Shown here piece after piece: positions 54,064-64,000 of a stretch of DNA of 64,000 nt. This DNA is from Octopus vulgaris (lineage: Eukaryota). The position numbers were made by a program, and so were the translations under genes. Below the pieces are notes generated by a model. That model did not search any database. It was not told the origin of the DNA and saw only the letters and a program-made list of their open reading frames with translations. Numbering within the stretch: position 1 is the stretch's first letter; each line of letters opens with the position of its first letter. The stretch is from positions 24,490,001-24,554,000 of the forward strand of contig OX597822.1 of assembly GCA_951406725.2 (NCBI GenBank), read 5' to 3'.

Positions 54064-56934
54064 TCACTTGAGGTCAAGGGAGGCTTTGAACAAAGCGGTC
54101 GTCGGCATCTTCACCATCTCGTCTGGCAGCTTGTTCCACGGATCCGCAACCCGGACAGAGGAAGCTCCTCTCCTTCGATTGAGATGAAATCGTCGCAGGT
54201 AGAGCTTTTCGGAATGACCCCGCAGTCGACACCCTGGAGCAGGAGTGAAGAACAGCTCTTTCGAGAGGTTACACTTTCCGCTTATGATGTTGTGGGCGAG
54301 AATGAGATCACCACGGCGGCGGCGTTTTTCAAGAGAATAAAGGTCGAGCATCCTCAGCCTTTCTTCGTATGACAAATTTTTGAGACCATGAACCATGCGG
54401 GTAGCCAGCTTCTGGACTTTTTCGAGATGCTGTATGTCTTTGAGGAGGTAAGGAGAAGAGGCTTGAATCCCGTACTCCAATATGGGTCTCACCAGCGTGA
54501 CATAGAGTGGTAGGAATATGGCTGCTGAGAGCATTCCGAATGACCGTCGAATCAAGAACAGAATTCTGCGTGCTTTGTTGGCAGCATGGACGCACTGGGC
54601 CGAAGGCGAAAAGGAGGAATCCACCAAGATACCCAGGTCCTTTACCTGATCGGTCCTCTCCAGCAGCAGACGACCCGGCTCGAAATCAAGTTGAGTTGCA
54701 GGAGGAGAGCCGACAGGCAGATGACAGCACTTTGACACGTTCAGACACAGATCCCATTCGTTAGACCACTTCCAAATTTGGTGGAGGCATCGACGAAGAT
54801 CCTCTATATCACCGCGAGGAGCGACCAGTTTGATATCGTCGGCAAATAGAAGGGTGTGTTGCGTGAGGTCGTTGGGCAAGTCATTTATGAAGACTAAGAA
54901 CAATAAGGGCCCAAGCACTGAACCTTGAGGCACGCCACTGCTCGCACTGGAGACGTCGGACCGCGAACCATTAACTTGGACTTGGAAGGAGCGATCTGAG
55001 AGGAAGGCACCAACCCATCGTACAATATCCGGATGGAAACTATATGCTTGAAGCTTTACAAGTAATAGGCGGTGGCTTACCGAGTCAAAAGCTTTGGCAA
55101 AGTCCAGTAAAACGATGTCAACAGCATCACTAACATCGAGGATGCGCGTCACCAATTCTTCCATTACTAGTAAGTTGGTCAAGCATGATCTCTTCGGCAC
55201 GAAGCCGTGTTGGGAATCAGAGATAGAGGCTGTGTTTAGGAGGTGGAGCATCATACTTTTCTTAAGGATGGTTTCGAATATCTTGCTGATTATTGATGTA
55301 AGGGAAACCGGTCGGTAGTTAAGCGGGTCTTCGCGGCTCCCTTTCTTGAAAATTGGGCAGATTATCGCTGTTCTCCAGTCTGCAGGTATAACACCCGTCG
55401 CCAATGATATATTGAATAGACGTGTTAAGGGCTCGCAAATGACCGGAGCCAACGCTTTGATAACCCGTGGGTGTATGCCGTCAGGGCCGTGACCCTTGTT
55501 GACATCGAGGCCTTGAATAACACGTTTGACTTCGTCCCGCGTGATGACCAATCGAAGCATTGGAGATACCGATCTATCAAATGGAGGGGGTTCACGACCA
55601 TCATCTTGTTTGAAAATAGTTGAAAAAGCCTCGGCAAATAATTGACTCTGTTGATAAGGGTCCTCAATCGATACGCCTGTTGAGTCTACCAACGTTGCAA
55701 TCTGGTTGTTCAAGCGGGAATTCCGTTGGACATGGGCAAAGAAGGTTTTTGGATTGCTACTGGCATTTGCCGCGATTTTGTATTCATAACTGAAGCGTTC
55801 TTCCTTTTCAATTTTCACGGCTCGGTCTCGTTGAGTTTTGTACACCTCAAAAGCTGCAGTCGAATCCAGATTTTTTAATTCAGCCCAAGCAATATCTCTG
55901 AGTCGACGTTCTTGTTTAACCTTCTTCGTCACCCAGGGCTTGTGTTTCTTCTTCTTGGGAAGCCCAACGGGAACTGCCTGGTCAGTCAACCAGATTACAT
56001 ATGCTTTGAGGGATGACCATAGTTCGTCAACTGAGGACAACGTCATCAGGGATCGCCAGTCCAGAAGCGCGGAAGCCTCGGTTAGAATTTCAAGATTAAT
56101 TGCAGAGAAGACTCTACGTGGCAGCGAAGTAGTCGTGGGCGTAGAAAAAGTTGTGTGCATGACGAACTTCAGGACCGCATGATCACTCTTGGCAAGAGGG
56201 GCGCACACAGATACGTCTGACACTGATCTTGGATAGCGGGAGAATACCAGATCTAGCATAGATGGCTGCTGCCCAGACCGATGCCTTGTCGGATATTCAA
56301 CATGTTGCGATAGAAAACAATCTTCAGCCACGTCGAGAAGGGCCTGGCCGAACCGGGAAGATGTTGTACAAATTGATGCGGGCCAATCGATCGTGGGAGC
56401 GTTGAAGTCTCCTAGTACCAAACAGTCATGCGAAGCTGAAACGAATCTTATCGCTTCGAGTAAATGAGCATCGTCCTGGGGGTCGGCAAGAGGCGGCCTG
56501 TAGACAGCTAACACGGGCAGGCAAAACTCGGATAGGCTCAGCTTGCAATAGACGGCATCGAATTTTGTTGTAGGTTGAGCATTAGTGGGTAGAATACCGC
56601 TGGACGGTTTGTGCTCAGACTTAACATACACAGCAACACCTCCACCTCGCCTTTTTCCTCTGTCACATCTGAAAAGGACGTAGCCCTGCAGGTGGATTTC
56701 TGAGTCCTTTACTGCTAGAGTCAGCCAAGTCTCGGTGATAGCTATCACATCAGGGGAGTCACGTATGGCCAGTGTAAATAGTTCGCTGAACTTTGGGAAT
56801 AAGGAGCACGAGTTGGTATAGACGATGCTGAGCTGTGAAGTCTGAGGGGCGGGAGTTGGGGAACAAGCAGAATAAGGGGTATCAGAGATAGCATCGTTGA
56901 CGGGGGTATCAACTTCACTTCGATTTGCCCTCAC
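54064..56934 (-). CDS. LINE ORF2: apurinic-like endonuclease plus reverse transcriptase
   Basis: APE motifs IAITETWL, GGGVAVYV, LGDFNAP, LDLVF and SDH; RT motifs NYRPVSLTS, QHGF, LDFAKAFD, GVPQGSVLGP and FADD; 956 uninterrupted codons; no ATG before the end of the EN domain. Confidence 0.95.
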   Translation of the reverse strand: MRANRSEVDTPVNDAISDTPYSACSPTPAPQTSQLSIVYTNSCSLFPKFSELFTLAIRDSPDVIAITETWLTLAVKDSEIHLQGYVLFRCDRGKRRGGGVAVYVKSEHKPSSGILPTNAQPTTKFDAVYCKLSLSEFCLPVLAVYRPPLADPQDDAHLLEAIRFVSASHDCLVLGDFNAPTIDWPASICTTSSRFGQALLDVAEDCFLSQHVEYPTRHRSGQQPSMLDLVFSRYPRSVSDVSVCAPLAKSDHAVLKFVMHTTFSTPTTTSLPRRVFSAINLEILTEASALLDWRSLMTLSSVDELWSSLKAYVIWLTDQAVPVGLPKKKKHKPWVTKKVKQERRLRDIAWAELKNLDSTAAFEVYKTQRDRAVKIEKEERFSYEYKIAANASSNPKTFFAHVQRNSRLNNQIATLVDSTGVSIEDPYQQSQLFAEAFSTIFKQDDGREPPPFDRSVSPMLRLVITRDEVKRVIQGLDVNKGHGPDGIHPRVIKALAPVICEPLTRLFNISLATGVIPADWRTAIICPIFKKGSREDPLNYRPVSLTSIISKIFETILKKSMMLHLLNTASISDSQHGFVPKRSCLTNLLVMEELVTRILDVSDAVDIVLLDFAKAFDSVSHRLLLVKLQAYSFHPDIVRWVGAFLSDRSFQVQVNGSRSDVSSASSGVPQGSVLGPLLFLVFINDLPNDLTQHTLLFADDIKLVAPRGDIEDLRRCLHQIWKWSNEWDLCLNVSKCCHLPVGSPPATQLDFEPGRLLLERTDQVKDLGILVDSSFSPSAQCVHAANKARRILFLIRRSFGMLSAAIFLPLYVTLVRPILEYGIQASSPYLLKDIQHLEKVQKLATRMVHGLKNLSYEERLRMLDLYSLEKRRRRGDLILAHNIISGKCNLSKELFFTPAPGCRLRGHSEKLYLRRFHLNRRRGASSVRVADPWNKLPDEMVKMPTTALFKASLDLK

Positions 56935-58103
56935 TTCACTTTCCCTGTCAGCACTACAGCATGGGACCAGAGGTAGGACTTGATTATTTGTCCATCTTGG
57001 ATGCGTAAACCCTTCTCTCCCATTTGTTTCCTCATCTTTAGTTCGGATATTAGGTTTCTCCGGCGAATTCTCTCTCTCAGTGAGTATTCCTCGCGAAAAC
57101 CCATATTGGGGTCCTCCCAGGCATGCGTCTGAGCTCTGTTCAGAAAGACTGAAGCCTCCCGATCGGAAGAAAAGATCACCCTTATTGGGCGTGGTCTAGT
57201 ATCTGAGGTTGGGTTCGCTTGGAATCTTCCTAGCCGAGCGACCTTATGGATACTGACATTTTCGTTCACAGAGAACAATTCTCCTACTAAAATGGAAACA
57301 AAATTAATGTCTTCTTTTAGACGGTTTATGCCTGTATCACAGGTGGATTCAGCTTTACCATAAATTATTGCTGATCTTAAGTGGGCAAAATGTTCTCTAC
57401 TATGAGCTGCGGTATTCGATTCTTCATTGGATGATTTCGAAAGGGTGGTTTCATAGCCATCAGACTTATGTCGGCCTGTGGGGTCGATCGGAATGGGTTT
57501 TGTGGTCATAATTTTCCCGCCTGGTTTGGAACTGCACTGCCTCTTCTTCGGTTTGGGGGAGCACCACTCCCCCCCAGATGAACTCACAACGAGATCGTTC
57601 AGAATTGGTTGAGCAATGGCATTAATGGGAAGGACAAGTGAGGGAGAATCCAAACAGATTTTATCGTGATCAGGTTTCATAGCTAAATCTGCCCCACTGG
57701 AGTTTTGACTACGTTTCTTCTTTTGGGGAGAACAACGGTCTTCAGGTGGGTTTGAGTCTACGCTCCTCAAATTAGGTTGGGGAACCTCCGGGACCGAAAA
57801 GGCAGATGAGGAAGAATCCGCACAGGAACGATCATGTGCAGAAACGACCGCCAGTTCCTTCGCCTTCTTTGGCCGCTTCGATTTTGTTCCCTTCGGTTTG
57901 GACGTCTCCAGGGAAGAAATCAAGGGTGACTCTGCGTCAACAGGAGACTGTTTATTCAGTAAAAGAGCAACAACAGACTTTAGGTGCTCGACCTCTTGTT
58001 TGAGCAATAGCAACTGCTCGTTGAGCTGACTATTGGTAGGACCATCATCTTGATGAGAAGCCCTTCTTGCAGATCTCAGTTTCGATCCGTAGGTAGCTGA
58101 CAT
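56931..58103 (-). CDS. LINE ORF1 (coiled coil plus C-terminal RRM-like nucleic-acid-binding region)
   Basis: 390-aa ATG-initiated ORF; N-terminal heptads, AIIYGKAES and RLGR...RPRPIRVIF motifs typical of CR1 ORF1p. Confidence 0.88.
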   Translation of the reverse strand: MSATYGSKLRSARRASHQDDGPTNSQLNEQLLLLKQEVEHLKSVVALLLNKQSPVDAESPLISSLETSKPKGTKSKRPKKAKELAVVSAHDRSCADSSSSAFSVPEVPQPNLRSVDSNPPEDRCSPQKKKRSQNSSGADLAMKPDHDKICLDSPSLVLPINAIAQPILNDLVVSSSGGEWCSPKPKKRQCSSKPGGKIMTTKPIPIDPTGRHKSDGYETTLSKSSNEESNTAAHSREHFAHLRSAIIYGKAESTCDTGINRLKEDINFVSILVGELFSVNENVSIHKVARLGRFQANPTSDTRPRPIRVIFSSDREASVFLNRAQTHAWEDPNMGFREEYSLRERIRRRNLISELKMRKQMGEKGLRIQDGQIIKSYLWSHAVVLTGKVK

Positions 58104-58281
58104 GATAGATGGTTGACTAAAAGCAATCTTCTATGGGCTCTAGGACAAATCTGAGTTAAATCAGGAACAAAAAACAGCTGCAATCCTTGTAGGAGTAGGC
58201 AACAGCAGACAAAATCTGAGAGAGTTTGGGCTGAGCCGAATCACAATCCAGCAATACAGGGCACAGAAAGGAAGGGCCCTC

Positions 58282-58520
58282 TCGCGCATGCGCGAACCAC
58301 CGGAAGCACGACCCTATTGCCTACGTAGGTTAGCGAGGCAAGGGGGTCGTAGAACGTTTGACCGCTAGCAGCAGTCAGGGGGACTTTGAGACATGGCTAT
58401 CGAAGGCAACGGTCACGTATATTCTCTCTCCGTCAGGACTTGATTCTAGCAGCAGTCGGCCGAATGCCTTTAACCAAATTGTTGCCGACCACATTCAACT
58501 TCCCTGTACGACGCCATCTT
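58282..58520 (-). promoter_or_regulatory. Putative internal promoter / structured 5' UTR of the LINE
   Basis: TCGCGCATGCGCGA (NRF1-type palindrome) at 58282-58295, CCGGAAG (ETS) near 58300, AAGATGGCG (YY1) at 58512-58520 on the minus strand. Confidence 0.45.
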
Positions 58521-59564
58521 GAACCCGTTCTGGTTTTAGCGGCTGAATATTGTAAATATTACAATCGATTAACTTTCAGCCTTGCGCGCCCCGAACCAAG
58601 GACATCAGATAACTATTTATTGTTATTGTTACCAAGAAAGAGAATAAAGTAGTATATATATATTTTACGTCTGCGTCTCGTTGTTTCTGACTGGTAGAAT
58701 TCTGGATTATTAAAGCAACGGCTAGTGAGTGATTGCTTTCTTGTACCCCGAAAGTACAAGAGAAGATATTTACTCACACTAAGTTCGTTACACATCTAAT
58801 GCGGTTTTTCCAAAGTGCCTCTTCTAAGTTTCTAAGTCTCTCTCTTTCTCTATTCTAGTTTTCTCTGTTGCTAATTCCTTATTAAACCTTATCGAATCTA
58901 CTATAATCATTTTTTTCATGCGAACCATTTGTTGTTGACAATTGTCCAACTCCCGCTTAACTAATTCACTAATCCAATCTCTCCCAGCTTTACATGTCAT
59001 GAATGACGCTTCCAGTTTCCCGTAATCGGGTCCCTGCCAACGAACTCTATCTAGGTGAACCAAACAGATCACGAATTTGTGGTCTGCACAGCAGGTCTCT
59101 TTGAATTGTTGACAAACTACGCTATCTCTATCAATTGGTCTCTGGAATATTCGATTTGGATTACGATCAGGAGGACCTGATGATGTTTGTCCATGTTCAC
59201 ATAAACACATTCAGGGAATCCAGTCGTTACCTATCAAACAGTTGGCAACATCTGAGCAGGTTTGCGTAGCTCTTGTACACCCTCTTTTATTTTATTGGCT
59301 AGCACCACGGAGTCCTTAATGTGTATTCAAGATACAGAGTCCAGTTTTAAATCAGGCAACTGAAAGAGCACCACCACCATTATTCTTCTGCATGTGTTTC
59401 AGTTTTTGAATTCATATATTTTTCATTTTCTAAAATGCTATATTTTGCTACACTAATCCTGTCCATCTTACCACACTAAAGGATAATTGATAAGAAAGAA
59501 AGAAAGAAAAAAAGCTTTTAATGGGAAATAACTTGAATGAGATTAACGGAAACACTATTACAGA

Positions 59565-59767
59565 ATGTTGTGTCTGGGGAGAGTAATTTTCTTTGTGTGC
59601 CTTATAATATAACACACTCACCGGTAAAATTTCCACTTCTTTCTTATTTTTATTTTCCTAAAATTTTCGTCGCGTCTTGCAACCTTTTCAATAGTTTTGG
59701 AAATTTTACCGGTGAGTGTGCTATATCATAAGGCACAAAAAGAAAATGACTCTCCCCAGACACAACA
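59565..59767. repeat. Fold-back repeat with about 70-bp arms
   Basis: TGTTGTGTCTGGGGAGAGT...CCGGTAAAATTTCCA mirrored by TGGAAATTTTACCGG...ACTCTCCCCAGACACAACA. Confidence 0.9.
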
Positions 59768-61908
59768 GAATATGCTTCAACACACGAACTCATATAAAGA
59801 ATCTTGCAAACCAAATCCCAAAATGAAATATTATAGAAGAGTCACATACCGGCATCCTCCATCATTTAAATAAAAAATATGTTAATATTATTTTATTTCA
59901 ACACCAACCCACTCCGCTGGAATTGTTCAAATTAAATTTATAATCCTGGAATGAGAAAAATCATCTTTGGTTTCACTAGAAAAATATTTGTCTTTTACTG
60001 AGATTGGAAATTAAAATAATGCAAAAATGGTACACATAAAATAACAAAAGATTTTACATATCGTGAAGATATTTAACAACAAGGTTGAATGAATTCCATT
60101 TGAGTCTTTAATAATCTTCTCTTTTATTCTTCCCAGCAGCACATTGATGCACAAAACGAACGATTGCTAAAACTATTTCCTCCAACAGCCAAGAAACAGA
60201 GACTTTATCTTTGTCGCTTCAATTATCTTTGCTTCGATGGAAGCCTTTACTAAGATATTCCACTCAATCACTGACAATCCACGATTGTTTCCATCTATAT
60301 AATTCTCTTTGATAAATCATTGCAGGGTCGACAAAATTCCATCTTACTTTGTCTACTTGACAAGTTCTGTGTTTAATTAGATAATTTTCTCTCTAGTTTC
60401 CTTGTGTTACGCTTTCATCAGCGAATGTGGCAAATATTGGAAGGGAGATAACTCTTATATATAATTGCTCTTGTCTGAGCAGGCTTGTAATCAAAGATAC
60501 TCCGACCGTGACTATCACGTCTTTTTCTTTCTTTCTTTCTTTCGTTCTTTCTTTCTTACCAAACACAGTATATCCAGGACCAAATTAAGTAACGCATTTT
60601 CATTTTCTATGGCAGTTGAGTATGATTTGAAGAAATATATGGCTGCTATTTGTAGGAGATCGATGTTATAGATTTCTTAATTAGACATGCTTGAGTGACA
60701 AATCATTACATCGGAAAATGTACACATGTGACATGCTACAATAAGCAGAAGTATAGTATATCAAGAAAAATAGGTCTTTTGCACACATCCAGTTGTTCAA
60801 TGCGTCACCCACATGACATGTATTCAAATCAGCAAGATTTGATCTCAGAAGATAAAGAACAACAAAAACAATCAAAAATAAATAGATAAATAATACGCTC
60901 ATCTTATTCCATAAATCAGTAATCAGCAATTATACTGTACAAATTAACATTAGCTATTCAGATATAAAGCAATAGTAAGAACTTTCTGAGTCATATCAAC
61001 CGAACATTGTACAGTAAGGGAGATTTTAGCAAAAGATACCTGCGCCCTGTATAAGTTATATGTGTATGGAAGTGTGAATTATACTAAGTTAATCTCTTAT
61101 ACAACAAGCTTATCATCGTCCTCAGCATCTTAAGTTTATAATCCCAAGATAATCAGTTATAAGACTTCTTATATCTTATGAAGTAGCAAATCTAGTTTAC
61201 TCAGCTACTGAACAATATTTTAAAATAATACGGAGGGTCTTATTTTCTTCAGACCACCACATTAATCTCATGTTCTCACTTGCCTTCGTTCTGGTCTTTT
61301 TTTATGCGAAAACAACAACGATTTTTATCTTTTAATCAGGTGGGAAGGCATAACCAACGACCCTTTATAGGGCTTCCGAATCTGATAAGTGATAGGGAAG
61401 GGAATAGCCTCAAACCAAAGAAGGAGCTCCACTGAAGGCAAATGATGTGCTAGGGAGTGGTGTTAAGCAGAGTAACGGATTAAGTCTACAGCTAAAGAAA
61501 TGTTCCTAGGATTGCATTATCCAGGGTGTATTTTATTTTCTTTAAGACAGTATGATGCTGAGTTGAGGGAAATTTAGCTATTATTATTAACAGATCACAC
61601 GACTATACACAAATTTTCGCGTGTGTGCTATATAAGATAAAATTCTTCAAAGGGAAATAACTCACTAAAGGGACATAACTAGTTAAGTTATAGAATAAGT
61701 TCTGCAATCGATAAAAAAAGTCTAAAAGCTAAATATTTGCACGCATTTAATTAGGAATTGAACCCGTGTTCTCTGAAATGAATTTAAAGAAGCAGCGTTA
61801 TGTACATTCATCAGAGGCTTAACACAAATATCTTACCTAAGACAAATAGATCAAGCTTAATCTTCATCTTTTTTCTAAACTGGATGAAATAATAGAATTT
61901 CTGCTATT

Positions 61909-61946
<38 letters not shown>

Positions 61947-62232
61947 GCGCACACACACACACAGAGGCGTGGTTGTGTGGTAAGAAGTTTGCTTCCACAC
62001 CGCATAGCTTCAGGTTCAGTCCCACTGCATGGCACCTTGGACAAGTGTCTTTTGCTATAGCCTCGGGCCAACCAAAATGTTGTGTGTGGTTGAAGGAAAC
62101 TGAAAGAAGCCTGTCGTATATATGTGTGTGTGTGTGTGTTTGTTTATGCGTGTGTGTGTCCATCGCTTGACGGCCAATGCTAGTGTGTTAAATTCCCTGT
62201 AACTTAGCAGTTCAGCAAAAGAAGAATAAGTA

Positions 62233-63147
62233 CCGTAAATCCCCGAGTATAGTCCGCCCTTGGGTATAATATGCAGCGGATTTTTAGAGGGTTGTACCTT
62301 TGAAAAACCTAAACCTTGTGCATAATACGCACCCCTTCTCTAATTTGAGTCAAGGAAGTCTATCTAACGTCCTCGGTTTGTAAAACTTATACGGTAACGT
62401 CCTTTATTATTATTGTATACTAGCAGTATCGCCCGGCGTTGCTAGGGTTTGTAAGGGAAATAACTATATAAGCATTTTTAGAGATGTAAAGTATAATAGC
62501 CATCTCAATATGGCTAACCACAAAGGTGGGGTGTTACTGTAGCTTTTTACGTTCTGAGATTTAAAAATACATTTTTAGAGAGTTACTTCCCTTATATAAT
62601 AGCAATAAAATGCATTAGAAATGGGAAAAAATGATGGTAAATTTTTTTTTAATCGTAGACTCATCGTAGACGCGCACTAATACCCAGAAGGGCTCGATAT
62701 AAATCACGACTATAAGATACTCGTTTTTGGTTACACTGCACCGCAAAATGTGGGAGTAGTTAGGAATCTAAATCGTAGGAGACAGACACACAACTTCACT
62801 TTTATATATAAAGATATAACATAATGCAAACCCGTAGCTTTTTTGTGCATTTTGTTCGGAGAAAATAAAGAAATAACAGTAATAACAGTAATAACGTTTA
62901 ATAAATGATGCTTACTGCAAGTTATGGATGATTTTTTTTAATGACTTCATTGCTTTCAAGCTTAGCTTAAGGTATTTTCGCGCCAGACATCACAAAATAT
63001 CTGAGTAAACATTGCCGGACAGCAAATAGAGACTCGGACATTGCTTAGAAAATAATTTTCATTTTTAACCTCGTATATAGTACGCACTAGGGATTTTGAC
63101 CTTTAAATTTTGAGAAAAAAGTACGGATTATACTCGAGGATTTACGG
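62233..63147 (+). mobile_element. Tc2/pogo-like MITE containing a Helitron (62420-62814), itself nested in a family B SINE
   Basis: TIRs and TA flanks; the SINE sequence AATAAGTA|CTAGGCTTACAAAG resumes after the element. Confidence 0.85.
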
Positions 63148-63687
63148 TACTAGGCTTACAAAGAATAAGTCCTGGAATCTATTTCTTCGACTAAAAACCC
63201 TTTAAGCATGGCCGCAGTCAAATGAATGAAACAAGTAAATGAATCTCCACTCTTACTGTGATCTCTACACATTCTGATCGATACTTCCATGTGTTAACCA
63301 GTACCTAGCAACAATGTAAACTTTCATTCGATTAAAATACTCTTGGCCTGACGAATAGCCTGCGATACACATCTCGCTTGGATATTTACCACTACTTAGG
63401 TTTCGCTCGCTATGAAACACATGTTGTTCAGATCTTCTCTTCTCCATTCCTTAACTCTTGTATTCTTATTTGCATGCCCGGCGACCTTGGTCGCCTGATG
63501 TGAAATATAAAAAGAACTTTCTCTAGTTCATTGTACTACAGTACGAAAAAATGTACAGCCTTCCGTCTCAATAAAATATTGTCCCTGAAAGTTGTTTTTT
63601 ATATTTACTATGGATTGCTTGAAGTTTCTTCCTACACCTCGATCCTTGGATCTTATACACACGCACACATACGCATACACACGCACG

Positions 63688-63738
<51 letters not shown>

Positions 63739-63793
63739 AACGGGCCTTCTTTCTGTTTCCGTCTCCCAAATCCATTCACAAATATACATATAC

Positions 63794-63828
<35 letters not shown>

Positions 63829-63858
63829 CATACATAATATGATATAAATAATATGTAT

Positions 63859-63900
<42 letters not shown>

Positions 63901-64000
63901 CCATTTTCTGCTTACTTAAATTTTATATATGTATATATATAAATATATATAATAATATAGGGTACAATTAATTAATTAATTGATTAGTCAATTAATAATT

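Larger units (their letters stand above)
53962..58530 (-). mobile_element. Near full-length CR1-type (CR1/L2 group) LINE
   Basis: Two long ORFs, about 100-nt 3' UTR and (AACT)n tail at 53962-53982; visibly more GC-rich than its flanks; 5' boundary uncertain (about 58280-58530). Confidence 0.9.

Noticed and set aside
54022-56182. Plus-strand ORFs antisense to LINE ORF2
   Set aside because: Shadow ORFs of a GC-richer coding region with no motifs

Overview
Eukaryotic, AT-rich, microsatellite-dense animal DNA that is mostly intronic or intergenic. The SINE, RTE and R4 repertoire suggests an octopus or other coleoid cephalopod (inference). Nearly all short ORFs in the track are microsatellite or SINE artefacts. 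The only recognisable host coding sequence is the first coding exon of an SSAT/SAT1-2-type diamine acetyltransferase (minus strand, 15667-15741). The rest is layered transposons: a near-intact two-ORF CR1-type LINE (about 53962-58530, minus), two decayed Tc1 copies, a MULE remnant with a 13-14 bp minisatellite, RTE, R4/Dong, HERO and Tx1/L1 remnants, Helitrons, MITEs, solo-LTR-like repeats and at least three tRNA-derived SINE families. The most striking observation is a non-coding mobile element present at three TSD-flanked loci (20649-21318, 37007-37932, 41065-41520). It is built as a head-to-head inverted dimer of [tRNA-like Pol III head]-(AAT)n-[minimal Penelope-type hammerhead ribozyme]-tail, a SINE/retrozyme hybrid. 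Two further hammerhead-like motifs, including a U3-A8 variant, and a possible -1 frameshift in the LINE are also noted. Everything was read by eye, so element boundaries are approximate unless fixed by a TSD or TIR.
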